The position numbers were made by a program, and so were the translations under genes. A DNA stretch of 64,000 nucleotides from contig CAWDSQ010000001.1 in NCBI GenBank assembly GCA_963804955.1, positions 17,879-81,878 on the forward strand, in the 5' to 3' direction. Source of the stretch: an uncultured delta proteobacterium (GTDB lineage: Bacteria > Desulfobacterota > WTBG01 > CAIYCZ01 > CAIRTM01). The notes beneath the pieces were generated by a model. That model made no database searches. It saw only the letters and a list, made by a program, of their open reading frames with translations, and was not told where the DNA came from. Of this stretch, positions 40,269 through 51,277 are shown one piece after another (the first letter of the stretch is position 1; the number at the start of each line of letters is the position of its first letter).

Positions 40269-41724
40269 TTCTTTTGCCGCTGGGAATCCGGGGTTTTATC
40301 CGGCTCAAAATGCTGTTTGGCCGCAAGAAAAGACGGCAGATGCCGCAGGAGATGGAACATGCTCCACCGGTGCTGCCAGATGCGCCGGGCGAATGTGCGG
40401 CGCCAGGTGGGGTCGGTAGTAGAAGCGCTTGACATGGCTGTTGTACAGGTAAGTCGAGCTTTTCTTTTGATTCAATGGCCTTCGGGACGAACACGAAATT
40501 CAGGCAGTTCATCAGCTTCCAGTTTTCCTCAAAGGTCCCTTCATCGCGCAGCTCCTGCCAGACAGGCGCGCCCGGGAAGGGCGTAAATTTCGACATGTTC
40601 ATGTCATCCAGCCCCAGGGACATCACAAAGTCGCTCGTTGCCTGAATCGATGCTTCCGTCTCGCCCGGCAGGCCCATCATGAAAAGCCCCTTTGCCCTGA
40701 GGCCGCAGGCTTTGATCCGGGCAACGGTGTCGCGGACCTCATCAAGCGTTACCCCTGCCTTATGGCGCTCAAGCATCGCCGGATCTGCCGATTCGATACC
40801 AACCGATACCATGAGGCAGCCTGCTGCTTTGAGCGTTTTCAGAAGATCATTGTCTGCATGCCCGACCCGCACAGCGCAGTTGAACTGTATGCCCGAGAGG
40901 CTTTGCGGTCAAAAGGCGGCACAGCTCGAAAATGCGGGGCCTGTTCAGGGTAAATAAATCATCATAAATATTTATATGCCGCACGCCGAAGCGCTGGCGC
41001 AGGTGCTTCATATGCTCATAGATGTATTCAGGCGAGTTGTACCGGTACGAGCGCTTAAAGACAGAGCGGTCGCAGTATGAGCACTCATAGGGGCAGCCGC
41101 GGCTGGTTGACATGGTTGCGCCGGGAATTTCGATGAAGCTGAACAGGGGCAGGTTGTATGAACGGGGAAAACCTTTCAGGCCTTCATAGTCAGGAAAAGG
41201 CAGCTGGTCCAGATCCGGCAGGGGCGCGCGGGGAGCATTGGTAACAATCTTTTCACCATCGCGCCAGATGAGGCCGTTGATATGCTGCGGGGTTTGACCT
41301 GATGCAAGCTCTGAAAGGGTTGCCTCTCCTTCTCCGGGAGATCAGATAATCAATGCCGGGAAAGTCCTGCAGCAGAGTCGCACCAAGGGCTGACACATGC
41401 ACGCCGCCAAAGACGGTTTTGACCTGCGGGCGGGCTTGTTTGATCATGTCTGCCATATCATTGCCGTCGAGAAAACTTGACGTGGTCGTTGAAAAGCCGA
41501 CCAGATCGGGAGTCTGCGGCAAGCACGGCCTGTACATTTTCTGCAATGCTCTGAGGCGCTTCCGGGCCGAGGCAGTCATGAATGAAAACCTGATGACCGT
41601 TGCGCTTCAGATAGGCGGATATTGACAGCAGTCCCAGAGGCGCCATCCTGTTTGCCGTGGCGGTAATATCCTTTTTACCGGGGACCCAGTTTGATCCGGC
41701 CGGATGGACAAGCATGATGCGCAT
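40265..41724 (-). pseudogene. Cobalamin-binding-domain radical SAM enzyme (class B rSAM) no. 1; heavily frameshifted (at least 6 indels)
   Basis: MRIMLVHPAGSNW...APLGLLSISAYLKRNGHQVFIHDC; DLVGFSTTTSSF...VFGGVHVSAL; MSTSRGCPYECSYCD (CxxxCxxC); GHADNDLLKTLKAAGCLMVSVGIESADPAMLERHKAG...GLFMMGLPGET. The tail ...YLYNSHVKRFYY / DPTWRRTFARRIWQHRWSMFHLLRHLPSFLAAKQHFEPDKTPDSQRQKN* is spread over three frames, with the stop at 40265-40267. Confidence 0.75.
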
Positions 41725-41751
41725 GGCAATTTAAAGATGAAGGATTTAAAA

Positions 41752-41892
41752 AGAAGTCAGAATTCAGTAGCCGGAATTCAGAATAGAAGATTCACAGCAA
41801 ACCTAAGCATCGGGAACCGTGCACCTGCATGAATTTTTCGAATCTTGAATTGTTTTCCTTCTGACTTCTGGATTCTGAATTCTGGCTACTTC
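41752..41892. repeat. GAATTC-centred palindromic (MITE-like) intergenic element, copy 1
   Basis: AGTAGCCGGAATTCAGAAT (41766-41784) and ATTCTGAATTCTGGCTACT (41872-41890) form a 19-nt inverted repeat with 1 mismatch. The right-end motif recurs at 43961 and 51205. Confidence 0.7.
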
Positions 41893-43238
41893 CCGCTGCC
41901 TATCGAAAAACTTTTCAATCCTTTCCCGGTCATGTTTCCCTGTTGGAAGCACGGGAATGGAATCAACGATTTTGATATGGCGGGGGATGGCATAGGGTTC
42001 GCATAGTTTTTGACAAGCCCGGCCCTTATTGCTGGTGCATCGCATGCTGCCTACAACAAGGGCAGCAATATCGCTGCCCCTGCCGGTGCGGGCTGCATTG
42101 CAAAGACCGACGGCATCACAAACGCCCGAGAGCGTTTTTAATTTATCGCACACTTCAGCAAGATCTACCCGCCTGCCGCCGACTTTTACAATATTGTCGG
42201 CCCGGCCATGAAGGGTAAAGCTGTCGGCCCCGCATGGGTTCTGCGCGGTCGGCAGTGGTAAAAAAGCCATCCTGATCGCGGGGCAGCTCGGGCGAGAGAA
42301 AATCCGAGCGCACCAGCAGCTGCCCATTGAGTATCTTCCAGTCAATGCCTTGAAACGCGCGGCATACATGCCTGTCGGCCGGGGAAGCTGTCCATGCAAT
42401 GCCTCCTGTTTCCGTGGAGCCGTAAATTTCGGTGACGGCAATACCGGTTTTTTCATAAAAATACTCGGCATCAGGCCGTGGAGCATGCCGGCAGATGAAA
42501 AAGCCAGCCTGAGGGTATAGCGCTGCAGGTTTTCGGTTTTCAGCACATGATACTGCGACGGGAACGCTTACTAAAATTGTAGCCTCCGAATCTCTGGCTG
42601 CGGCAAGAATTTCTTGCGGAAATGAATACACGGGCTCAAGCACGGTGCAGCCCGACATGAGCGGCACCAGAACGGAAAAAAGCAGCCCGTAAATGTGCTG
42701 TGGCGGCACGGTTGAAAGAATACAATCATCGGGGGCCTATGCCAAATGTTTCTGCAAGAAGCTGCGCTTCGCCAAAAAGGTTCCGTGCGGTTTTAGACCA
42801 CAGCTTTGGTTTGCCGGTTGAGCCGCCGGTAAAGAGCATGACTCGCGGCGCATCGGCATCACCTGCAGTATACACAAGAGGCGCAGGCAGAATGCCACGC
42901 TCTCTGGCGTGATAACCGTGTAGCCTGTGGGCGGGCATCTTTGCTGCTGGAGAGGATTTTTGAAAAAGGGATGCTTGACTCGCGCATCGTCGAGAGCCTG
43001 CTGGAAAAGGCATAGGGAATAATGATGCGCGGCCCGCCGCACGCAGCGGCAAGCAGGGCAGCGGCCATACGGGTTTTGTCCTGCGTCCAGAGGCAGAGGG
43101 GCTCATCCGGTGAACTAAGGCTGCACAGGCCTGCAGCTAAAGGCCACATCAGCCCGGTTTGGCCACCGGCAATGAACGGGCTTGAAGGCGGCTGCCGGTA
43201 CTACGATTAAGGCAATCAGTCAGTTTGTCTTTCATGGT
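41803..43238 (-). pseudogene. AMP-dependent synthetase/ligase (adenylate-forming, aryl/acyl-activating); at least 5 frameshifts
   Basis: Fragments in different frames: MKDKLTDCLN (ATG at 43238); MLFTGGSTGKPKLWSKT (AMP motif); PPQHIYGLLFSVLVPLMSGCTVL; TEIYGSTETGGIA; HGRADNIVKVGGRRVDLAEV; PVLPTGKHDR. The 3' end is approximate because the ORF runs into the repeat element. Confidence 0.75.
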
Positions 43239-43386
43239 TTTAAAAAAGCAATTTCTGGATAGGCCCGTAGAGCAGGGGGTATTTCTTGACTTTTCGGGCT
43301 GTTTATATTCTATTCACATAATCCTGCTGCTATCAGCACATGCTTTAAGTAGCATGATTTTGTCCAATTGCCAATTACAGTGTTCT

Positions 43387-43808
43387 ATGCCCGACAGAGC
43401 TATTGATGATTTGATACCGCATCGCGGCCGAATGAAGCTGATCGGGTCGATTGTGCAGGTCAGCAATGATATCGCCGTTACCTCGGCAGTTGTGGCCGAT
43501 ACCTGGCCCCTGTGTGCACGGGGCTTCAGTGAACCCGATCGTGCTCATAGAGGTAGCTGCGCAGACGGCGGGCGTGCTCTCCTGCTGGAAAAAGGGCGAG
43601 AGCAGATCGGCCTTCACAGCCGGAATGCTTACGGGCATCAAAAGCGCTGAATTTTTTGTCGACCAGGTGCCTCTGCACGCAGAGCTGATCACCACGGCCA
43701 CGATCATGTACAGCCTTGATGATTATGAGGCAATTGAGGCAACGGTCATGCTGGGACGAGCAGTGCCTCTGCAAAGTGCAGCTGCAGATATTCGGGGTGC
43801 GGGGATAA
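43387..43808 (+). pseudogene. Hot-dog fold beta-hydroxyacyl-ACP dehydratase (ApeI/ApeP-like); two frameshifts (~43515 in a G4 run, ~43755)
   Basis: MPDRAIDDLIPHRGRMKLIGSIV...TWPLCARG, then VNPIVLIEVAAQTAGVLSCW...FTAGMLTGIKSAEF, then DEQCLCKVQLQIFGVRG* (stop at 43806-43808). Confidence 0.7.
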
Positions 43809-43811
43809 AAA

Positions 43812-43997
43812 CAGGATTCAGAAGCCAGAATCCAGAGTCCAGGAATTCAGAAGAAAAAAATTCAAACTGCAGGGCAGGATCCTGGCCTGCATGGGTTCGG
43901 AGTTCGTAGTATGGGCATCCGCCGTGGCGAATCCTTGCCCAAGTGTGCTTTGTATCTTCTATTCTGAATTCTGACTACTGGATTCTGGATTCTAAAG
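43812..43997. repeat. GAATTC-centred palindromic (MITE-like) intergenic element, copy 2
   Basis: The left end reads caggattcagaagccagaatccagagtccaggaattcagaag. The right end carries ATTCTGAATTCTGACTACT (43961-43979) followed by ggattctggattct. Confidence 0.65.
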
Positions 43998-44029
43998 ATT
44001 ATTGCTAAACTTTACAGACCGGGAGCTGT

Positions 44030-44758
44030 ATGGACAATCAGAAGATCGCCATCGTCACCGGCGGCAGCCGCGGCATAGGCCGTGCTATTGCCTGTGAGCT
44101 TGCCGCTGCGGGCTATTATGTCATCATAACCTACAAGACAAATGACGCGCAGGCGCAGGAGACGGTTGCAGGCATTCAGGCACAGGGCGGCGCAGCAGAG
44201 GCTGTGAAGTTTGACGTGGCTGATGCTGCAGAGGCCGCCCTGCAGATGAATGCCATCTGCAGCCGGTTTCAAAACATACAGGTGCTGGTCAATAATGCCG
44301 GCATTACCGCAGACGGCTTGTTCATGCTCATGACCGAGACAGAGTGGAACTCGGTGATCGATACATCGCTCAAAGGCTTTTACAATGTCACGCAGCCGGT
44401 GCTGAAAAAAATGGCCGTGAATCACAGCGGGTCGATTGTGGCTATTTCCTCTGTGTCGGCGCTTATGGGCAATCGCGGCCAGTCAAATTATGCAGCTGCC
44501 AAGGCGGGCATAATTGCCGCATCCAAAGCCCTTGCCTGCGAAGTGGCGCGCACGGGCATCAGGGTCAATGTCGTGGCGCCGGGGCTCATCGATACGGAAA
44601 TGATCAAGGATGTTCCCGTGCTGAAAATCAAAGAGATAATACCCATGGCGCGCATTGGCAAACCGGAGGAGGTGGCAAAGGTTGTGCGCTTTCTCTGCTC
44701 CGATGATGCCTCCTATGTTACCGGCCAGGTCATCTCGGTCAATGGGGGCATGTTTTAG
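44030..44758 (+). CDS. fabG: 3-oxoacyl-ACP reductase
   Basis: IAIVTGGSRGIGRAIA...NNAGIT...SSVSALMGNRGQSNYAAAKAG (S...YxxxK)...VNVVAPGLIDTEM...VNGGMF. Intact 242-aa ORF. Confidence 0.9.
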   Translation: MDNQKIAIVTGGSRGIGRAIACELAAAGYYVIITYKTNDAQAQETVAGIQAQGGAAEAVKFDVADAAEAALQMNAICSRFQNIQVLVNNAGITADGLFMLMTETEWNSVIDTSLKGFYNVTQPVLKKMAVNHSGSIVAISSVSALMGNRGQSNYAAAKAGIIAASKALACEVARTGIRVNVVAPGLIDTEMIKDVPVLKIKEIIPMARIGKPEEVAKVVRFLCSDDASYVTGQVISVNGGMF

Positions 44759-44759
44759 G

Positions 44760-45383
44760 ATGAAAAGGGCAAAGCCGATGCGCCGGCTGCTTTCTCTTGG
44801 CTGTATGCGCGACTGCTGCTGTCCGGCTGGTCAGGCTCATGGGAAACCCTACAGAAGGAGTCTGAAAAGATTACCTCCGTGAGCGCCCGTTTCACGCAGT
44901 CAAAAAATATGCGCATACTTTCTAAACCCCTCGTTTCGACCGGCAGCTTTTATTTTAAAGCGCCGGACTCCGTGCGCTGGGAATATGAAGCGCCGGTGAA
45001 GAGCATTCTGCTGATGCATGAGGGTTCAGTCAAGCGGTATACGCAGGGAGCCAGGGGACTTACCGAGGATGCAGGGGCGGCTCTGCAGTCGATGAATGTG
45101 ATGCTGCAGGAAATAGCCCTGTGGAGCAAGGGGCGGTTTACTGAAAGCCCGGGCTTTGCAGCCGTGCTGAAAGCGGGCGACGGGCCGGCAATTCTGCTGA
45201 CGCCCCGGGACGAAGGGCTTGGCAAAAATTATAACCGGTATCGAAATTGCGCTTGCACCGGACAGGCCCGGCGTGATTTCAACTATCACCATTCGCGAGG
45301 GCGAAGGGGGCACAACGGTCTTGCAGTTCAGCGATGTGCAGATCAATGCAGCGCTGAGCGACAGCGTGTTTCGGAGCCCGTGA
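44760..45383 (+). pseudogene. LolA-like outer-membrane lipoprotein-carrier family protein; about 3 frameshifts (two within 44790-44850, one near 45230)
   Basis: MKRAKPMRR... (ATG at 44760, 1 nt after the fabG stop); WETLQKESEKITSVSARFTQSKNMRILSKPLVSTGSFYFKAPDSVRWEYEAPV...; then IITGIEIALAPDRPGVISTITIREGEGGTTVLQFSDVQINAALSDSVFRSP* (stop at 45381-45383). Confidence 0.65.
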
Positions 45384-46070
45384 TGAAAAAATGCAGGTCC
45401 ATTATTCTTTTGTGCGCGCTGGCTGCGGCGCTGCTGCCGGCATGCGCAGGCCCCCGGCATATACGGCCCGAGCCGGTAAATCCTGCGCTGTGCAGGCTGC
45501 CTTTCACCAGCACGAGCTGCCGCTATATTCACGCTCTTGATGCCGAACTGCCCGGCGGCACGCGCATGACGGTTATGGGCATTTCGGTTATTGATCCTGG
45601 GGCTGATACGATACAGGCCGCCATTATGACGCTGGAAGGGCTGCTGCTTTTTGATGCCACGGCATCGGCCGGCAGCATGCAGGTGCATCGCGCTTTGCCG
45701 CCTTTTGACGGGCCGCAGTTTGCCGAAGGGCTTATGCGGGATGTGCGGTTTATTTTTATGTTTCCTGCCGGTGCGCCTGCAATGACCGGCAGGCTTGATG
45801 ACGGTTCATCCGTCTGCCGGTATCAGGACACATTCGGTATGACGGTTGATGTGATCGTTCATCCTGGCCGGGGCTGGGAGGTTGAGCAGTATTCAACCTT
45901 CGGTAAAAAGCTGCGCAGCTTAAAAATTGATGCACTGCAGAACGGCATTCCCGGCATGCTGGAGTTTGAGGCCTTCAGCCCGAAGCCCTATGCCCTGCAC
46001 CTGAAGCTGATCAGCGCCGAGCCGGTCACGCCGGATGACAAAAGTAAAATTGCTGGCGTGCACTGTATGA
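45383..46070 (+). pseudogene. Putative lipoprotein (position and size match the DUF3261-type lipoprotein of aryl-polyene loci); probable frameshift near its 3' end
   Basis: MKKCRSIILLCALAAALLPACAG has a signal peptide and a Cys lipobox-like site. There is no stop in its frame before the rSAM gene. In the neighbouring frame a TGA at 46068-46070 forms an ATGA overlap with the rSAM start. Family assignment is by context only. Confidence 0.5.
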
Positions 46071-47412
46071 AATTCAAACTCATCTACCCGCAATGGAAAA
46101 AGCTTGAACGGCAGACCGAATTTCATCTGCCGCCGCATGGCCCGGTTGTGTTTGCCGCAACGCTGCCGCCGCATGTGGAGGTGGAGTTTGTGGATGAAAA
46201 CGTGCAGGCCCTTGAGCTTGACGATGCCCCCGATTTTGTCGGCATTTCCATGATGCTCACCGCGCAGGTCAGGCGCGGCTGGCAGATTGCCGATCACTAT
46301 CGCAGCCGGGGCATCAAGGTCATCTGCGGCGGCATTGCCACCATGCTGCATGCGCAGGAAACGATGGAGCATGCCGATTCGGTATTTCTCGGAGAGGCCG
46401 AAGGCAGGATGGCCGGTGTCTGGATGATTTTAAAAACAACAGGCTCAAGCCCTGCTATGACTATATGACCGACTATCCTGCCGTGGAGCTCATCGGCCCG
46501 GCCCGCAGAAGCATTCTGCAGCGCGATCTCTACAATTACCGGGGCGTGCAGATGGTTGATCTCGTGCATGCCTCGCGCGGGTGCCGGTTCAACTGCTATC
46601 CCTGCTGCGTTAATTTTCTGGGCGGCCGGCAGTTCAGGCCCCGGCCCTATGATAAGGTTATAGAGGAGATGGCAGGCATCGACAATAACCGGCTTTTCAT
46701 CGTGGACAATTCTCTTGCGCAGAACAAGCAGTGGGAGCTGGGCCTGTTCCGGGAAATGGAGGGGCTGAAAAAAAAGTGGTGCTGCCATCCCATCGAAGAA
46801 GATGATGAGGTTCTGGAAGCCGCGGCCCGGGCAGGGGCCTGGTATGTGTATCAGGCCGTCTTTGACACTTCAGACCATATCAGCAACAGGATAAAGCGTT
46901 ATCACGACTATGGCATAGCCGTTGAGGGCACCATACTGCTTGGCCTTGACAATCACACCGAGGACTATATCAAGCGGCTCATCGATTTTTTGCTTGAGGT
47001 AGAGCTTGATATGGCGGAGTTTACCGTGCTGACACCGTTTCCGCACACGCAGGCATTTGATGATATGCACGGGCAGGGCCGCATCACGAGCTATGACTGG
47101 AATGATTACACCTGCGACAGGGTTGTGTTTCAGCCCCGGCACATACAAGCCGAGCGCCTGCAGGAGCTGTACTATTATGCCTGGGACATGTTCTACCGCG
47201 ACGAGCCGCAGAACTATAAGATGTTCAGCCTTTTCAAGAAAGTTGTAGAAAAGGAAAAGGCTGATGAGACTTTTATTCCCCGGCGGCGCGACCTTGCCGG
47301 CAGAGTGTTCGGCAGGAAGAATAGCAGGAGCAGACCGTGTGTCTGCCGTAGGGGCGCAGTGCCTGCGCCCAAAATAACGATACCGCAGGGGCAGACCAGC
47401 GTGTCTGCCTGA
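46067..47412 (+). pseudogene. Cobalamin-binding-domain radical SAM enzyme no. 2; one frameshift near 46425
   Basis: MKFKLIYPQWKKLE...DFVGISMMLTAQVRRGWQIADHYRSRGIKVICGGI...FLGEAEGRMAGVW, then DDFKNNRLKPCYDY...LVHASRGCRFNCYPC (Cys triad)...AEFTVLTPFPHTQ. Confidence 0.75.
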
Positions 47413-47423
47413 AGAGGCAATAC

Positions 47424-48980
47424 ATGACAAAAAAAAATAGTGTTATAGTCGGGCAGGGGCCGGTGTCCTGCGAGCAGATCGTGGCGGTTGCCCGCGGTCA
47501 GGCCCGGGTAAAGCTCAGCGCTCAAAAGACTTTCCTTGCACGCATGAACCGTTCGCAGGTCCATGCTGCAAAAAGCACTGAGAGAAGGCGTCGCGGTGTA
47601 TGGCGTCAACACAGGTTTCGGCAAAGCCTGCGGCAAGCGCATGCAGGCTGATGCAGCGCTGCAAAAAATCGCCAATCCCCTGCCGTTTCACGGCTGCGGC
47701 ACGGGCGAGCCCATCGGCATTGAAGAGACGCGGGCTGCCATGCTCTGCCGCATGCTCTGCCTTGCAACCGGCTACTCGGGCGTGTCCATCGGCCTGCTGC
47801 GGCAGCTTGAAGCATTTTTGAATCTTGGCATTACGCCTGTTGTGCCCTGCCAGGGATCGGTGGGCGCATCGGGCGATCTGACGCCCATGTCCTATATCGC
47901 TGCCTGCCTTGCCGGCGAGCGGGATGTTTTTTATACAGGCAGGCGCATGAGCGCACGGCAGGCCCTGAAAAAAACCGGCCTGACAACCCTATGTCTTTGA
48001 GCCGAAAGAGCCCCTTGCCATGGTCAACGGCACATCGACCATGACCGGCATTGCCGTCATGGCTGTGGAGCGCAGCCGCAGCTATTCTTCATGCCGCCGT
48101 GTGCGCCGCAGCCCTGACCGTGCATGCTTTCAGGGGCAAGTCGCATCACTTCCATCCTGTCATCAGCAAGGCAAAGCCTTTTGCCGGGCAGGACGCTGTG
48201 GCCCGAAGCCTGACCCTGCTTCTGCAGGCAAAGGGCTCTACGGCGCATCTCGAGGAAGACGGGCCCGAAGCGCTGCAGGATCCCTATTCCGTGCGCTGCA
48301 CGCCGCAGATCGCAGGCGTGCTGTCGGACGCGCTCGCCTGGATATCCCAATGGGTCGAGACCGAGGCCAACAGCTCAAACGACAATCCGATTTTTGATCC
48401 GGCCACAGGCGAGCCGCTTATGAGCGGCAATTTCTATGGCGGCCATATCGCTTTTGCCATGGACAGTCTGAAGGCTGCCCTGGCATCGGTTGCCGATATG
48501 GCTGACCGCCAGATCATGCTGCTGGTGAACCCGCAGCTCAGCCGGGGGCTGCCTGAAGATCTTGTGGGTGTAGCAGGACGCGAGCACTTTTTTCATCACG
48601 GGTTCAAGGCAATGTCGATAACAGCCTCTGCCCTTGCCGCCGAAGCGCTTAAATTGACCATGCCTGCGGCATCGTTTTCACGGTCCAGCGAATCGCATAA
48701 TCAGGACAAGGTGAGCATGGGCACCATCGCGGCCCGCGATGCCGAGCAGGTATGCACCATTGTTGAGCGCACAGTGGCCATCCACCTGCTTGCGGCAGCG
48801 CAGGCCTGTGATCTTCGGGGCCGGGTTGAGGCGCGGCCGCGGCTTGCAGCGCTTGTCAGAAGCATCAGGAAGCTTTCACCGCGCCTGGTGGCGGACCGGC
48901 CCCTTGACCGCGACATTGAGGCTGTTGCGCAGGCAATTGCCGACGGCAGCCTGTTTCTCAACCCTTACGAGGATACATGA
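47424..48980 (+). pseudogene. MIO-dependent aromatic/histidine ammonia-lyase (HAL/PAL/TAL family); three frameshifts (~47558, ~47985, ~48075)
   Basis: VYGVNTGFG...; GSVGASGDLTPMSY (the Ala-Ser-Gly MIO triad); MVNGTSTMTG; DPYSVRCTPQIAGV...NDNPIF...GNFYGGHIAFAMD...SESHNQDKVSMG. Confidence 0.8.
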
Positions 48981-48984
48981 CGCC

Positions 48985-49407
48985 ATGACCCGCGAGCATC
49001 ATGCAAGCTTTGAAATTGAGCGCAAGGTCGCCTTCTATGAGCTTGACCCCATGCAGATCGTGTGGCACGGCAACTACTATAAGTATTTTGAAGACGCCCG
49101 TTCGGGCCTGCTGCGCCAGGCGGGCATAGACCTGCACGACTTTTATGTAAAAAGCAATTGCGTTTTTCCCATCATCAAAACCGCCACCAAGCATATCTAT
49201 CCCCTGCGCTACGGCGATGAATTCATCTGCAGGGCCACTGTTGCCGAATGCAAAGAAAAGCTCGTTGTTGATTTCGAGATACGGCTCAAGGAGGGCGGCA
49301 GGGTCTGCGTTAAAGGCCGGACCGAGCAGGTGGCTGTGCAGATGCCCGAAGGCGAGATGCAGTTTGAGCTGCCTGCTGCAATCCGCTCTGCCCTGGGGAT
49401 GCTGTGA
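48985..49407 (+). CDS. 4-hydroxybenzoyl-CoA thioesterase (4HBT/YbgC) family acyl thioesterase
   Basis: FEIERKVAFYELDPMQIVWHGNYYKYFEDARSGLL..., a hot-dog thioesterase N-terminal motif. 140 aa from the ATG at 48985. Confidence 0.8.
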   Translation: MTREHHASFEIERKVAFYELDPMQIVWHGNYYKYFEDARSGLLRQAGIDLHDFYVKSNCVFPIIKTATKHIYPLRYGDEFICRATVAECKEKLVVDFEIRLKEGGRVCVKGRTEQVAVQMPEGEMQFELPAAIRSALGML

Positions 49408-51111
49408 CGGGGCCGCTTTTTCACGAAGCCCTTGCCTCGGGCGCTGAGCAGGTAGCGGTCTGGTCGCAGCTTCTGGACCGGATCAATGTCTTTCCCGTTG
49501 CCGATGGCGACACGGGCCGCAATCTTGTCATAAGCCTTGCCCCGCTGCGGCAGCAGGTGAGCAGCCCGGAAAAACTCTGCCGGAGCCTGCTGCTTGCCGC
49601 CCGCGGCAATTCCGGCAATATTGCAGCCCGTTTCCTGCAGGAGTTCGCGCTCTTGCCCTCGCTTAAGGATCTGGCGGCCACGGTGCAGCGAGGCCGTGAT
49701 ATGGCATACGGGGCTGTGAGCGAGCCCAAGCCCGGCACCATGCTCAGCCTTTTCGACAGGCTTGCCGATCTTTGCAGTGAAATCCCGGCAGACATGAATG
49801 CCGCGTGGACGGCCTGGCTTCTCTCCTCGCTTGAACATGCCGTTGCCGATACCGTGCACGGGCAGCAGGTTTTGCAGCAGGCCGGGGTGGTTGATGCCGG
49901 GGCCCTGGGCATGTATCTTTTTTTTGACGGTTTTTTCAGCCGGCTTGCCGGCACTGAGTATTTCTTCTCACCGGCCCGTGCCTGCTTTAAAGATAATCTT
50001 CGCATTGCCGACTCGTTCAGCCGGGAGACAACAGCCGGTTTCTGCATCGATGCCGTGGTGGAATCGGCAGGCAGCCTGCAATCAGCCCTGGGGAGCGATC
50101 CTGACAGCGCTCGTTGTCATGCGCAGCGGGGAGTATGTCAAGGTGCATCTCCATGCCCCTGATAGGGAAAAGGCAAAGTCGGATCTGGCAGCGCTGGGTA
50201 AAATTATTTCGTGGGCAGACGATGATCTGGCTAGCCAGACCGCGGTTTTTTCACGGCCCGCTGCAGCCTCAGCGGTCCATATCATGACCGATGCCGCAGG
50301 CTCCATTACCCGCGAAGATGCCGCAGCGCTCGGGCTTACCCTGCTTGACAGCTATATAAACATGGGCGATACAAGCCTGCCGGAGACCTGCTGTTCGCCT
50401 GCTGATATATATAAAGCCATGCGCGAAGGCTGCCGCTGCTCAACTGCGCAGGCTTCAATGGATGAGCGCTGCCAGCACTACCTGAGCGTGCTTGGACTCA
50501 ATAAAAACGTGCTCTATCTGTGCGTGGGCTCGGTATATACGGGCAATTATCAGGCCGCCTCCGGCTGGAAACAGAAGCATGATCACGATAGCCGTTTCAG
50601 CATTATAGATACGGGCACAGCTTCGGGCAGGCTTGCCGTGGCCGTGCATCTCACGGCGCGTTTCGCCCGGCAGGCGGCAGGGGCGGCCGAGGTTGAAGCT
50701 TTTGCGCGCAAGGCGCTTTCAAACTGTCATGAATATATATTTGTCGACACTTTGGGCTATCTTGCCGCCGGCGGCAGGCTTTCTAAAACCGGTGCCTTTT
50801 TCGGGGATATGCTAAAGTTTAAACCCGTCATCAGCCCGCAGCCTGACGGCGCGCAAAAGGTCGGCATGGTCAGAAACCGCGATGAGCAGGTGCGGTTTGC
50901 CCTTGAAAAGCTCTCAGAGGTTTTCACGCCTGAGGCAAAGGGCCTGATACTTCTTGAGTATACCGACAACCGCAGCTTTGTTGAGGAAACAGCCGCAACC
51001 GTGCAGCGCCGTTTCCCGAAGACAGAACTGCTTGTGCGGCCTTTGTCGCTCACAACAGGCGTGCATACGGGGCCGGGCACCTGGGCCGTGGCGTTTGCAG
51101 CGGAGGAATAA
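49404..51111 (+). pseudogene. Fusion of a Dak2/DhaL (FakA-like kinase) domain with a DegV (FakB-like fatty-acid-binding) domain; one frameshift near 50090
   Basis: N-terminal part: RINVFPVADGDTGRNLVISL...AARGNSGNIAARF (Dak2 motifs). C-terminal part: VHIMTDAAGSITREDAAALGLTLLDSYINMGDTS...YLCVGSVYTGNY...IIDTGTASG...LSLTTGVHTGPGTW (DegV). The GTG start overlaps the thioesterase stop. Confidence 0.75.
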
Positions 51112-51237
51112 AGAAGGAATTCAGTATCCAGTAGTCAGTAGCCAGAAGAAAAAATTTAAATCATTTCGGAGGCCAGATACATTTTTGGAATCTCAGTATC
51201 TTTTATTCTGAATTCTGGCTGCTGAATTCTGGCTTCC
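51112..51237. repeat. GAATTC-centred palindromic (MITE-like) intergenic element, copy 3
   Basis: The left end reads agaaggaattcagtatccagtagtcagtagccagaag. The right end carries ATTCTGAATTCTGGCTGCT (51205-51223) followed by gaattctggcttcc. Confidence 0.65.
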
Positions 51238-51277
51238 TTTTGAAGGACAAAATTGTTTACTGCCTGATTGTTAAAAT

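Noticed and set aside
44879-46468. Listed 529-aa ORF that looks like one large protein
   Set aside because: It is an accidental in-frame concatenation of three genes. The first is the middle of the LolA-like gene. The second is a lipoprotein gene with its own signal peptide starting at 45383. The third is the 5' part of a radical SAM gene starting MKFKLIYPQW at 46067. The boundaries show typical TGATG/ATGA start-stop overlaps in neighbouring frames.
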